Of a DNA stretch of 64,000 nt, positions 1 to 10,100 are shown piece by piece. The DNA lies in IMG/VR virus record IMGVR_UViG_3300003690_003399, positions 1-64,000 of that record; one strand, 5' to 3'. The DNA comes from a virus. The first letter of the stretch is position 1, and every line of letters begins with the position of its first letter. Made by a program: the position numbers and the translations under genes. Below the pieces are notes generated by a model, which was not told where the DNA came from, did no database searches, and was given only the letters and a program-made list of their open reading frames with translations.

Positions 1-2
1 TG

Positions 3-467
3 AAAGGAATTGTACCGCAAACTTCAATGCCTTATCAAATATCCGATCTTCAATGGATTCCTTGGGTTGGCTCAGTACCTGATCTCCAAAAATTCTCGGT
101 AAGTTGGCGACCCAATGCGAATCACGTTATAATTGTTTTTACCGACGAAGATGGCCAAAGTTATATGAATTCTCCGACCCTCCCTCCAATCGATGGAAAA
201 ACAGCATATGGAAATGGCTATATTACACAACCCATATTGTTAGACTTGATTAAACAAGATCCTAAGTTATCAATTTATACATTCACGCCGCTTTATTACA
301 AAACATATAATTATGCTGGTAAATCAGGTGGCTGGGAGCCACTTTCTTTGGCCAGCGCATTAGGAAAGTGGTTCGAACTGACAAATTCAGCAACAGAGAT
401 ATACGCACACCTCTCAGAAATTTTAAGCGAAACTGCATGTGGCGAAGAAGCGGGTACGACGCCATGA
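3..467 (+). CDS. 3' part of a probable vWA-domain protein (5'-truncated by the window edge)
   Basis: Frame is open from base 3; WRPNANHVIIVFTDED resembles the vWA beta4 'IIVxTDE' motif. Confidence 0.55.
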   Translation, partial: KGIVPQTSMPYQISDLQWIPWVGSVPDLQKFSVSWRPNANHVIIVFTDEDGQSYMNSPTLPPIDGKTAYGNGYITQPILLDLIKQDPKLSIYTFTPLYYKTYNYAGKSGGWEPLSLASALGKWFELTNSATEIYAHLSEILSETACGEEAGTTP

Positions 468-694
468 AATGGATTATTATAGCAGGCTTTGCCATTATAA
501 TAATGATTTTCGGATGCGATATTGAAGGTAAGATAGACGACGCAAGCATGAGATGCGAAGATAAGATTTCAGAGCTTTTAGAAGGCGCCGAAGATATATG
601 TTTAACTAAAGAAGAAATATTAGAACTAATTACTTCCGTGCAGGGCCTTGAAGACACAGGAAACTTAAATGAAACTAATTACGAAGAAGAATAA
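464..694 (+). CDS. Small lipoprotein (76 aa; true start 464, not 368)
   Basis: ATGA overlap with the upstream stop; MKW + hydrophobic stretch + lipobox IFG-C. Confidence 0.65.
   Translation: MKWIIIAGFAIIIMIFGCDIEGKIDDASMRCEDKISELLEGAEDICLTKEEILELITSVQGLEDTGNLNETNYEEE
673..681 (+). promoter_or_regulatory. Candidate late-promoter motif variant AACTAATTA
   Basis: 12 nt upstream of the iscA ATG; variant of a motif repeated before other genes. Confidence 0.3.
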
Positions 695-1014
695 TGATTA
701 TTACTGAAAAAGCAATCAAAAAAGTACACGATTTAGCAACGCAACGAAATTTAGTAGATTGCGGTCTACGTATTATGGTAGTTGGCGGTGGCTGTTCTGG
801 ATTTACCTATGATATGGATCTGGAAACCAAGGAAAACCCAGGTGATCAGATTTTTGACGAAAATGGACTCAAAATTTATGTCGATCCCATGAGTTACCAA
901 TATTTGGACGGTACGACCATCGACTACATCGAGTCGTTTAAGTTCTCCGGATTTCACTTTGAAAACCCGAACGCGACTCGCACGTGCGGCTGTGGTTCTT
1001 CCTTCGCCGTTTGA
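694..1014 (+). CDS. iscA: A-type Fe-S cluster carrier (IscA/ErpA/HesB family)
   Basis: GGGCSG and CGCGSSF motifs, 106 aa, IYVDPMS..YLDGT.IDY. Confidence 0.93.
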   Translation: MIITEKAIKKVHDLATQRNLVDCGLRIMVVGGGCSGFTYDMDLETKENPGDQIFDENGLKIYVDPMSYQYLDGTTIDYIESFKFSGFHFENPNATRTCGCGSSFAV

Positions 1015-1226
1015 AGCTCCTAGCTGAAAAAAATAAAAGAAAATTTACAGTTGGCGACTTAGTACAATTTGATATATCACATATATTAGGAATTGTAACT
1101 GACATAAAAATAGCTGAAACCTTTAGCCCTTTAGAAGAAATATTAGATGTACAAGTTCGCTGGATCGATGGCGAAGAGTTTTGGTGTTTAGAATTCACTT
1201 TAAAGCTAATTTCTAGCGTTAAGTAA
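1011..1226 (+). CDS. Small SH3-like beta-barrel phage protein
   Basis: TTG start overlapping the iscA stop; FTVGDLV...GIVT...VRW pattern. Confidence 0.55.
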   Translation: MKLLAEKNKRKFTVGDLVQFDISHILGIVTDIKIAETFSPLEEILDVQVRWIDGEEFWCLEFTLKLISSVK

Positions 1227-1233
1227 CTATTTA
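1225..1233 (+). promoter_or_regulatory. Candidate phage late promoter AACTATTTA
   Basis: Exact motif ending 28 nt before ATG 1262; same spacing at 5937 and 18719. Confidence 0.55.
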
Positions 1234-1261
1234 ATAATACATATATAAAAAGGGTTCTCCT

Positions 1262-2203
1262 ATGAAAAACGACATGATGCTTATAATGGAAAATTGGCGC
1301 AAAGGTCAAGAAAAACTTTTACTTGAAGGTAAAATTCTTGATTGGATTAAACAAAGCATTAAAAACGGCTTTAAGAAATTAACAAAGAAGCCCGAAGTGT
1401 TTGATGCAATGGTAGAAGACGCAAAAGCATCCTTCGAAGAAATAATGATGGATAAATTAAAAAACAATCCTGAAGTCCAAGAAATAGGAAGAGAAGTTGC
1501 AGATATAATTAACGCACAACAATCTTCAAATGATGAATTGGCTTTAAATGAGGGCTGGACGGATCCCGAACCGGCCGGCGCGCAGCCCGAAGATCCTGAA
1601 GACCCTGAAGACCCTGAAGACCCTGAAGATCTCGACCCAGAGACTCCCGAAACTGAAGAAAAAAAAGAATTATCCGATGATGATTTGAGAGAAATAGGTT
1701 TATCTGATGAACAGATTGATAAATACAGGGAGAAGTTTTCAGAAATAATTGCATCGAGCATTCTCGAAGCAGCGGAAGAAGCTACTGGTAAAGTGGCCCC
1801 ACCAGAAGTTAAAGATTTCCTTGTGCGGTTTTTTAAACGATCATCGAAGATGATTGCATTTGGATTTGTTGATAACTTTATTATGATCACAGCCGGAGAC
1901 TATATTGATCCTGAATTAAAGAATTTGTTAGGTACTTCTACTATGTTTGCAGCCGGAATAGGAAATATGATATCAGATGTCGCTGGTGAAGAGGCCGGCG
2001 GCCTACTCGACTCTACATTAGAAAAAATGGGCCTGGATATCCAGGATGTCTCTGATGAACAAATGGAGGTGTCGCCGGGCTGGATGCGATTTATGGACAG
2101 ACGCGCAGGAACGTTTGGTGTCGCAATTGGCTGCCTTTTAGGAATGATTCCACTGGCATTTATGGAAGATAAGGAAAAAGATGACCGTGAAACTCTTATT
2201 TGA
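1262..2203 (+). CDS. TMEM65-family membrane domain fused to an N-terminal IMENWR tag and acidic linker
   Basis: FGFVDNFIMITAGDYID...STMFAAGIGNMISDVAG...GVAIGCLLGMIPL matches the TMEM65 signature (FGFLDNAIMIVAG...STMAAAALGNLVSDLAG...GVTIGCILGMFPL). Confidence 0.85.
   Translation: MKNDMMLIMENWRKGQEKLLLEGKILDWIKQSIKNGFKKLTKKPEVFDAMVEDAKASFEEIMMDKLKNNPEVQEIGREVADIINAQQSSNDELALNEGWTDPEPAGAQPEDPEDPEDPEDPEDLDPETPETEEKKELSDDDLREIGLSDEQIDKYREKFSEIIASSILEAAEEATGKVAPPEVKDFLVRFFKRSSKMIAFGFVDNFIMITAGDYIDPELKNLLGTSTMFAAGIGNMISDVAGEEAGGLLDSTLEKMGLDIQDVSDEQMEVSPGWMRFMDRRAGTFGVAIGCLLGMIPLAFMEDKEKDDRETLI
1586..1630 (+). repeat. 9-bp tandem repeat x5 (ccygaagay) encoding (PED)5
   Basis: cccgaagat cctgaagac cctgaagac cctgaagac cctgaagat. 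Confidence 0.9.
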
Positions 2204-3332
2204 AAATTGGCGAGAATACCGATTGCAGGAGGCCGAAGAAGCAGAGACTGAAGAAGAAACTGAAGAAGAAACTTCTGAGGATGCTGTATTAGATTTATCA
2301 AGAGAGTTTGATTCTGGTTTCTGTAAATATAACCCCCTTATAAACGAGTATGCACAATACTCTCCAGATCAATTAGCTGATGTATTAATGTTTGTAATCG
2401 GTACACAACAAATGAGGTGGTATGATGTAGTGCCAAAGTTTCCAATATTATTAAAATTTGTTCATGAAAATGATGGTTTAATGACTGATAAAAATTTGCT
2501 GAACCCGGGCAAAAAGAAACCTAGATATGATTTTTCTGGATTTGGCCAATTGGTTATGGGCCCGCGCAAACATGCAATTGATTATTTGTGGAAAAACAGA
2601 GAAAAGATATATTCTAGTTTTAGTAGCTTGTTCAGTGAATATAATAATTCTAGTGGACTAAAAAAAGAAGAAGCATTGTTTAATATTTATTTGCAAACAT
2701 TAACATTACCAGGATTTGGCTTACCAAAAGCGGCGTTTGCAACTCAATTAATCATTGGTCGTTTGGGTTGTATTGATTCAATTAACCTCAACATATATAA
2801 AGGAATATCAAAAGAATTTAACATATTGACACCTGGAGGTAAAGGATTTCGAGCACCTAAAGTTACTACATCTGGTAAAAAAGTTATTCAAGCGGGGGAA
2901 TTCGATAGCAACATAATTAAGCTCGGACCTAGGGGCATTGAATTGGCCGAAAAATACGTAGAATTTTTAAGGCAAATTGCAAAAGAAACTGGTGCTAGTG
3001 ATATCTCTCACAAATTGTGGGATTCTTGGGTAGAGTTGGTAGCTAAAAAAATCAACATAAAAGACGACATCAAAGTAATAATGCCAGATGGGTCTGAGCA
3101 TGTTGTACCTAATGATTATTCCAAAAATATAAAAGGAGCAGAAACAAATCCTTCTGCCGCCTTCAGAAAAAAATATATAGGTAAAATAACCGGTCAAGAT
3201 GTTTCTAGACAACATCATATACCAACAATGAATGAAAACAAAAAAGATCAACTATTATTTGAAAGCTGGTCCAAATATTTTTATAACTCTTTAAAAGAGC
3301 GTTTAATTAGAATAAAGGTCAAAACAAGATGA
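2181..3332 (+). CDS. HhH-GPD/Ogg-like DNA glycosylase-fold protein with KLLFENWR tag
   Basis: LPGFGLPKAAF helix-hairpin-helix with conserved Lys, followed by GCIDS Asp. Confidence 0.55.
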   Translation: MTVKLLFENWREYRLQEAEEAETEEETEEETSEDAVLDLSREFDSGFCKYNPLINEYAQYSPDQLADVLMFVIGTQQMRWYDVVPKFPILLKFVHENDGLMTDKNLLNPGKKKPRYDFSGFGQLVMGPRKHAIDYLWKNREKIYSSFSSLFSEYNNSSGLKKEEALFNIYLQTLTLPGFGLPKAAFATQLIIGRLGCIDSINLNIYKGISKEFNILTPGGKGFRAPKVTTSGKKVIQAGEFDSNIIKLGPRGIELAEKYVEFLRQIAKETGASDISHKLWDSWVELVAKKINIKDDIKVIMPDGSEHVVPNDYSKNIKGAETNPSAAFRKKYIGKITGQDVSRQHHIPTMNENKKDQLLFESWSKYFYNSLKERLIRIKVKTR

Positions 3333-5494
3333 AGTTATTATTTGAAAATTGGCGAAATCATTTAGCTTCCCTCGAAACACAACTTTTGATTGAGGGCATT
3401 GTAAAAGATGTCAAAACGAAATATATACATATCTCTGAAGTGATTGACCATCTGGTAGAAAATCTACAACCTTTCGACGGGATTAAATATCTTAGGTGGG
3501 CGGCTAAACAGGCCATGAAATCTTATGATGCGGCGAAGGCTCACGATCACGTCGATCCCAAAGAACCCGCAATGGGACAGGCAGTCATGTTAATTCCACA
3601 AATTAAAAGATTCGATGAATCTAAGCAACGCTTCCCGAAATTTGGCTTCTCTACAGATATTAATTCTTATCAGTCTTTCGAAGATCTACAAAGTGCAGTT
3701 GAAACCGTCGAGGCAGAAGAAACACAGAAAACAAAAAGAGCAGAAGAAAAGCGCGCAGCTTTTAGCGAAGCGGATATACTTACAGGCCAAGATAAAGGTG
3801 ATGATTTTTTTATTGTTCGCCCATATACGAAAAAAGCCGCCTGTTATTTTGGTCAAAGATATGGCGGCACACAAGTAAAATGGTGTATCACTCAAGAAGA
3901 GATGGACTATTTTGATGACTACACTGATCGTGGAGACGCCTTTTATTTTGTTTTTCCGACACATCTTTCAAAGGATAATCAATATAAAAAATTAGCTTTT
4001 GTTTTTAACTCAGATCTGCGCGTTACAAGCGTATGGGATGCGCCGAATAGTACTATAGACAAAGAAGAACAAGAGCAAGTATTCGTACAAAATCTCCTGC
4101 GCCAGGGTGAAGAAGAAGGAGCCTGGATGACCTATTTGTGGGCCACGGAGGGCAAGTTTGAAGATGAGGCGACCCAAAAAGATATAGAAAAATATAATCA
4201 AGCATTAAAAAGACTCGGATTACCCACATTAACCACAGTAAATGAATGGAAGGTCAAGAGAAGTGAGGACCCATCGCCCACCGAAGCGATTGCTCAAAGC
4301 CGTCTGAGTGAATACAAGAACGATGTACAGAAAGAAATTAAGGATTGGTCAAACGAAGCAATTCTCAAAAAGGCAAAAGACGCCCTGCGCGCAGTTGAAG
4401 ACGATACCCGCGAACATCTAAGAGAGAACCCGGTTGAATATACTGGACCAACATTTGCAGACTTTGAAGAGATCAAAGACGAGTACGAGGAAGAAGCAGA
4501 AAACATATGGATTGACCTTGAAGAATCAGATGATCCTCGCAATCCGTATTGGTCCGCGGGCGGCCAATTTGATTTTGTTCAAACAGATGAAGAAGGAAAC
4601 GAGCACATATTTGAATCAGATGATATACTGAATATGCTTGAACAGTCGTCCACCGAGGCTGGTATTTATATGGAGAACATCCAGGCCTCTATTGACGGTG
4701 GTGCAAACGTTCATTTCACCGCGGATCGTGATGAACATGGCTTAGAAGGATTTAGGTCATGGATCAATAGAATGAAAGAATGGGATGAAAAATGGGATGA
4801 ATTGTATGCTGACACGCTTAAGGCGCTGAAGCGACAAGAAATTTCAAGAGCCCGAAAAGGGGGCATGCCCGAAACTAAACATTTCAAAATAGAAGAAAAA
4901 AGAGAGGATTTAGAAGCTACTGCGGTGATAGAACTTAAATTACCAGGAGTACTTAATTTGTTAGGCGACCTCGGCGCCATGGACGAAGTCGAGTCGCACA
5001 GAGCAAGAGTAAACCTCAAGATAAAAACTAGAGATCTCTTCGATAGATATACTATAGCCAGAAATATTTATTTTAAAAGAATACAAGCCTATATTGATGA
5101 AGCTGAAAAAATAGCTGCAAAACAGTTAAATCTGCCGGGCATTGATGCACCGGAAAAAGAAAAAGTAGGTATACCCGCACTTGATGGGGTCTTTGCCAAT
5201 ACAAACTTTGATGTAGACAATGAAACTTTATACACTACACTTATGTTTACCATCCGCGGAGCACGTCAGGATGATGAAATAGAATATATTGTAAACTTCA
5301 TTAAATATCTAGATGATCATTTCGAAGAAATGATGCAAATATTAGCAGATTCAACGATACAGATGTTACGCAGAGCTATTAAACAGGGGTTAGAAAATTT
5401 ATTTGATTTTGGAGCACCGCCCGAGTCAAGCCTATCAGAATCAAAGAAAAGAACCAAACTTATCATCGAGATAAGAAAAAGAAAACAAACATAA
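3329..5494 (+). CDS. Large phage protein with KLLFENWR tag and a 'KWCIT' (PcfJ-like) domain
   Basis: IVRPYTKKAACYFG...KWCIT...YFDDY...FYFV...VWDAPN pattern typical of large-phage proteins. Confidence 0.5.
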   Translation: MKLLFENWRNHLASLETQLLIEGIVKDVKTKYIHISEVIDHLVENLQPFDGIKYLRWAAKQAMKSYDAAKAHDHVDPKEPAMGQAVMLIPQIKRFDESKQRFPKFGFSTDINSYQSFEDLQSAVETVEAEETQKTKRAEEKRAAFSEADILTGQDKGDDFFIVRPYTKKAACYFGQRYGGTQVKWCITQEEMDYFDDYTDRGDAFYFVFPTHLSKDNQYKKLAFVFNSDLRVTSVWDAPNSTIDKEEQEQVFVQNLLRQGEEEGAWMTYLWATEGKFEDEATQKDIEKYNQALKRLGLPTLTTVNEWKVKRSEDPSPTEAIAQSRLSEYKNDVQKEIKDWSNEAILKKAKDALRAVEDDTREHLRENPVEYTGPTFADFEEIKDEYEEEAENIWIDLEESDDPRNPYWSAGGQFDFVQTDEEGNEHIFESDDILNMLEQSSTEAGIYMENIQASIDGGANVHFTADRDEHGLEGFRSWINRMKEWDEKWDELYADTLKALKRQEISRARKGGMPETKHFKIEEKREDLEATAVIELKLPGVLNLLGDLGAMDEVESHRARVNLKIKTRDLFDRYTIARNIYFKRIQAYIDEAEKIAAKQLNLPGIDAPEKEKVGIPALDGVFANTNFDVDNETLYTTLMFTIRGARQDDEIEYIVNFIKYLDDHFEEMMQILADSTIQMLRRAIKQGLENLFDFGAPPESSLSESKKRTKLIIEIRKRKQT

Positions 5495-5501
5495 CTATTT
5501 A
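5493..5501 (+). promoter_or_regulatory. Candidate phage late promoter AACTATTTA
   Basis: Exact motif 7 nt before ATG 5509. Confidence 0.5.
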
Positions 5502-5508
5502 ATATATA

Positions 5509-7152
5509 ATGCCTTGTACAATCAACAACAACACTTCCCACGACCTATCTCAGTTGGAAGACTTAACCAAGAAATTAGTTCCTTTTGCGCAAAAGCAAAT
5601 AGGCTTTAATCGACCACCAACAATTAATTTTAATGATGACGAAAATAACGCAGCTAACCCGCTTGGAAGAACGGCGCAATACGATCCTTCAAATATGGAA
5701 ATTATTATCTTTGTTACAGGGCGCCACACAAAAGATATTCTGCGCTCAATTGCACACGAGCTAGTTCACCACGGACAAAATTGTAGAGGCGATCTGGACG
5801 GTGACATTCAGACAGAACTTGGTTATGCACAAAACAACAAACACATGAGAGGGATGGAGCGCGAAGCGTACGAAGTCGGCAATCTTTGTTTTCGAGATTG
5901 GGAAGACGGGATAAAACAGCAATTACCGCTACATGAAACTATTTATAGGGAATCTCTTATAGGAGGAGAAAGCATGACACTTAAAAACTGGAGAATCAAG
6001 GAACTTAATGATCTTATGATGGAAAAATGGGGGTATAAACCGCCCGTTAAAAAGAAGCTTGATGAAGAACTTGATGCCTACATGGATATGCTCGATTATC
6101 AAACTGGTGAAGAGAGTTTAGATGAAGACGACGATGACGATGACGGTGATGGCGATGGGGACGGCGATGACGATGATGAGTCTAGTAGTCATCTACATTT
6201 AAATCCTCAAAGCCCTACATTTAGGCTCAAAATAAAAAGCGGCCGAAAGCGACTGCAGGAAGTTGTCCCACCGAGAAAGCCGCCGCGAAAGCCGCCGCAG
6301 AGAAGGCGAACAGCGGCGGATATACAGATTAAGAAGGCCGCCGCTGTGGGACACCACCGGACATTCTGGACGACATTTACATGGGCCCCGCGCACTTCAC
6401 CAGCTAGTTGGACCCCTAGACAAGTTCACAAAGCCTACAAACAACTTCATCTGACAAAGGGCAAGCTGAAGCCCGGAAGCTGGCCCGGCGAGGCTAGGGT
6501 CCGGGTAGCTTTGGAAAATATGTACAACACAGGAAAATTTACATTACCACCCGCCCCGATGCTTCCAATACGCAGGTGGGAAAAAGAAGGAAGAGTAAAA
6601 AAAGATAAAGATAAACGAACAAAAGAGCAACAAAAAAAAGATCATGACAAATTAAAAGAACTAGAACGAGATTTTTGGGAAGAAGGGCCAGAAGTTATAC
6701 AAAAAGGCCGCTGGCGGCGATGGTGTGGGGGGCACAAAGGTGTTTGTACACTACTCTGGGTTGCCGGTATTGCCACCGCCACAACATTCCTCGCTAAATC
6801 ATTTGACGTAGACTTGCTACAGCACTATCGCAACTGGCAAAAAGGGTCAGCAACACCTCGCGCGGCGGAGTGGGAAACAAAAGTAGGTACCATAGAAGGA
6901 AGCCCGGGCGAACAAATACCAGCTGCGCCGGTCACAGCACCAGTAAAACAAGCCACCGCGGAGAAGTGGAAAACTATAAAGAAAGACGGTACCCCATGTC
7001 CTACAGGCACCTGGACTCAATTAACAGCTCATGGGGATCCCGTAGAATGCGGAGTTTCATTGAACGGTCAGATTAATCCTGATACCAAAAGAAAAACGGC
7101 GAAGTGTAAGTGGGTAAATGGGTGTCCTGAATTTAATCCCACTATCGAGTAA
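5509..7152 (+). CDS. Zincin (HExxH) metallopeptidase domain fused to an acidic/basic, TM-containing, Cys-rich C-terminal part; probable internal start at 5974
   Basis: RSIAHELVHHGQ...MEREAY; hydrophobic LLWVAGIATATTFLA; internal SD AGGAGG at 5961. Confidence 0.7.
   Translation: MPCTINNNTSHDLSQLEDLTKKLVPFAQKQIGFNRPPTINFNDDENNAANPLGRTAQYDPSNMEIIIFVTGRHTKDILRSIAHELVHHGQNCRGDLDGDIQTELGYAQNNKHMRGMEREAYEVGNLCFRDWEDGIKQQLPLHETIYRESLIGGESMTLKNWRIKELNDLMMEKWGYKPPVKKKLDEELDAYMDMLDYQTGEESLDEDDDDDDGDGDGDGDDDDESSSHLHLNPQSPTFRLKIKSGRKRLQEVVPPRKPPRKPPQRRRTAADIQIKKAAAVGHHRTFWTTFTWAPRTSPASWTPRQVHKAYKQLHLTKGKLKPGSWPGEARVRVALENMYNTGKFTLPPAPMLPIRRWEKEGRVKKDKDKRTKEQQKKDHDKLKELERDFWEEGPEVIQKGRWRRWCGGHKGVCTLLWVAGIATATTFLAKSFDVDLLQHYRNWQKGSATPRAAEWETKVGTIEGSPGEQIPAAPVTAPVKQATAEKWKTIKKDGTPCPTGTWTQLTAHGDPVECGVSLNGQINPDTKRKTAKCKWVNGCPEFNPTIE
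5937..5945 (+). promoter_or_regulatory. Intragenic late-promoter motif AACTATTTA with SD AGGAGG (5961) and in-frame ATG 5974
   Basis: Motif-to-ATG spacing of 28 nt is identical to the copies at 1225 and 18719. Confidence 0.55.
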
Positions 7153-7165
7153 AGGAGACTATATA

Positions 7166-10100
7166 TTGAATATTTGCCTTAAAAAGTCACCCCCCTTGCT
7201 CACCGAACAACAAACAAAACCGAGCGGCATTTCTGCATACGTTGTAGGCACCATAGATGGTACGGTATTAGGAAACTATCGCGGCAATAAAACTTTTTAT
7301 GGCGCGTCAATGGAAAAGCCTATCCTGGCATTAATGAATGCCATATATTATACTAATATAAAATACCATACGATTACTACTAAAAAAGATGATGAATCAC
7401 ATGAAGCTCATGTAAAACGGGATAACAAAGTATTTGCTATGGCCAAACGACTACAGCACGGGTGGATAACGTGCCCCGAGCAGTTAACGGGGGCGCCCCC
7501 AATCTGCTCAGAACTCATTCTTGACGAGAAGATTTTCTACCAAGAGGCAAAAAATCATTTATTAACAGATGAAGAACTCGATGGACTTTTGGGTTATCGT
7601 GGGCTAAATTCGAATGCTGTGAATAGAAGTATCAAGGGCACAAACCCCGGCGTTAAGTGGAGCACAGCCGACAAACGATATACAAATAGTAGAAATGGTA
7701 GGTGTACACCAAAACCGTGTGGCAAACCACCGCTGGCGGTCCCAATTTCTGCAATGAAGCAAATTTTACAAGATATTGACCCTAACGGACTTTTAAAAGG
7801 AATACGATTTGCAAATGGTCGACAGACCGCCTTAAGCATGTACAACTTCATGATGTTTTTACTAAATGCAGAAACAATACCCGCGCTAAAGGATTACAAC
7901 CCGCAAGTAAAGAGAATTTTAAATTATATGACGCGAAGCGTATTCGGCGACACATACCCTGGTGGGTATGATCGAGACTCAGCCGGGATTATTAAATTAA
8001 AAAAAGAATTGAATCGTTACTGGCCTAATAAAATTACGAGCATATGGGGAAAAGGAGGGTTCACACAAAAAACACCAGTTTTAAACTATGCTCTCGTAAT
8101 CAACAACCAATATATATTAGTTGTATATACTAGACAACCAATAATGAACACTGCGTGCAAACCACAACAATATCGCTGCGCTAAAAATGCAGCATTTCCA
8201 CCACTTACAAATGCAATAGTTCAAGCCTTGTCGAGTGCAGAAGTATTTGGAGCACCAACAACACAAGTTAAGAAAAAAGCAACATTTATAGACATAAGTA
8301 AGAGTGAAGAAGTGCCTGAGAATATAAGTTTTTTCCCAGGTACGAAAAATGCATGCGGTACAGCTGCCATGCAACGATATGTGATGATCGTCTTAGGTAC
8401 CAATTTACAAAATTACGAGTGGTGTGTTGGAGACATTAGTAAATGTCCAACTGGCGGACCTATCGCGGGACATGATTCTCATAAAATCGGCATTGATATT
8501 GATGTAGCTCTTCCAACGGAAAGCCGAGGCCTCACAGGCTGCTCGACCAACCAAAAAGAAGGAAAATGGATAAAAAAGGGCGGCCAAAAATTTAAAAATA
8601 TAACCCCCGAACAATTAGATGCTACCGCTGCATTCAATTTTTTAAAAGCAACAGCACCATGGGCTCAGTATGTCGGCGTAGATAAACAATTCTGGCCGAA
8701 GATAAAGGAAGCTGCCGAAAAAGCTGGAATGGTCAAAGATAGCGCAGCATATAAACGTACCTTCTCTGTGTTGAGAGCGTGGAAACACCATAAAAGCCAT
8801 TTTCATGTACGACTAGGGACGAATACCGTAATCCGGGTGGCCCCGACGAAAGCCGGCGGAGCCACTACTGTCACAGCAACCGCACAACCCAGTATATCTT
8901 CCGAGATAGAAAAAATAGGCCAAGAAAAAGGCGCCGCCGTGGTGCGCTGCAATCAGTGGAAAGTCGAGGAATATAAAGACGCCAACAACAACGCCTGTGT
9001 GAAGGGGACAGCTGGGTGCAAGAAACGTGGTCAGCCGGCGCCCGGATTTGAGTATGATCCAGATTTTTCTTTTGCAGATTTTTATTGTGATCTTGAGCTT
9101 TGGGCGCCCTGGATTGATAAGAATCTTAAAAGCGCTGAAGACATTTTAAAAAAGTACGACGCAACACTTAATTGGATTTATGATGGTGGTCACGATAAAG
9201 CAGCCGATGTATTGCAAAAGGCATGGCTGCAAGCAGAGATTGCGGACAAACTAAGCCAACAACGAGAAGAAGAGATTGATTTCATGGGCCCCGAATGGCA
9301 AAAGTTGCTGCAGCAGCTTAAAAATAAACCCGGAGTCTCGTACCCCACTCCTATTAATTGTGGCGGTCGCGACGCTCTTTGTGGAAAAAACCAAACATGC
9401 GAGGAGTGGCCAGGGAAAAAGCGATGGAGATGCGTTTACAAAAAGAAGGAGGTAAAAGAAAATATGCTACCGAAAAGTATTAATAAGACAATACATTTGT
9501 CTATTCAAAAAACTAATTATAAGAAGTACCTTTTGGAGAAAAAGCCAGTGAAGGCTGAAAAAATAAAAATAAATAAAAACCTCCTACAAGAAAGCATTAA
9601 ACAAAAGCTATTAAATAACCCACAGCTATTAGATCGGCTCGCTTTAAACGAAGGCCCTGTTAGGTGGTTGAGAGAATTCGTCGCTATTTTTAGGGGAATG
9701 TTCCCCAAAATGGCGCCACGAGGAAAGGGCACGTGGGAATTTGTAAAGAGAGCATCAAAACGGTCAGCGAACGTTATGGGAGGATCTTGGAAACTGACAA
9801 AGCACATGAGACACACTCTATTTAATAAGTACGAGGGCTTGGCGACAGGGATTTGGATGACGAGCATGTTTTTAGACGACGAGGGCGATCAACCCCTTAC
9901 ACAAATCTTCAATGCGTTATATTCGAACTTCACCATGAGCGGCCAACTTATTTATATCTTTCAAAGGTATGGCATGAAAAACCGGTCACAACAATTTATA
10001 TACTGGACCCAGGGAAGGCCCGAAAGATGGGAAAAAATGGGAAAAAAACAATACCTTATGCTTCCACGTAATAGGTACAAAGGAGCCGTCGAGTGCGAAG

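Noticed and set aside
368-463. Track starts at 368, 984, 7118, 20105 and 31855
   Set aside because: Downstream starts (464, 1011, 7166, 20117, 31915) fit SD sites or stop-start coupling better
1306-1890. 194-aa minus-strand ORF with SSG repeats, and other short antisense ORFs in the track
   Set aside because: Shadows of plus-strand genes; the SSG repeat is the antisense of (PED)5
6121-6180. GAY-rich low-complexity tract
   Set aside because: Simply encodes an Asp/Gly linker; not a structured repeat element
7166-8250. Antibiotic-resistance beta-lactamase
   Set aside because: Motifs are divergent (KGG, no clear SDN) and the domain is fused to a murein peptidase; a cell-wall role is more plausible
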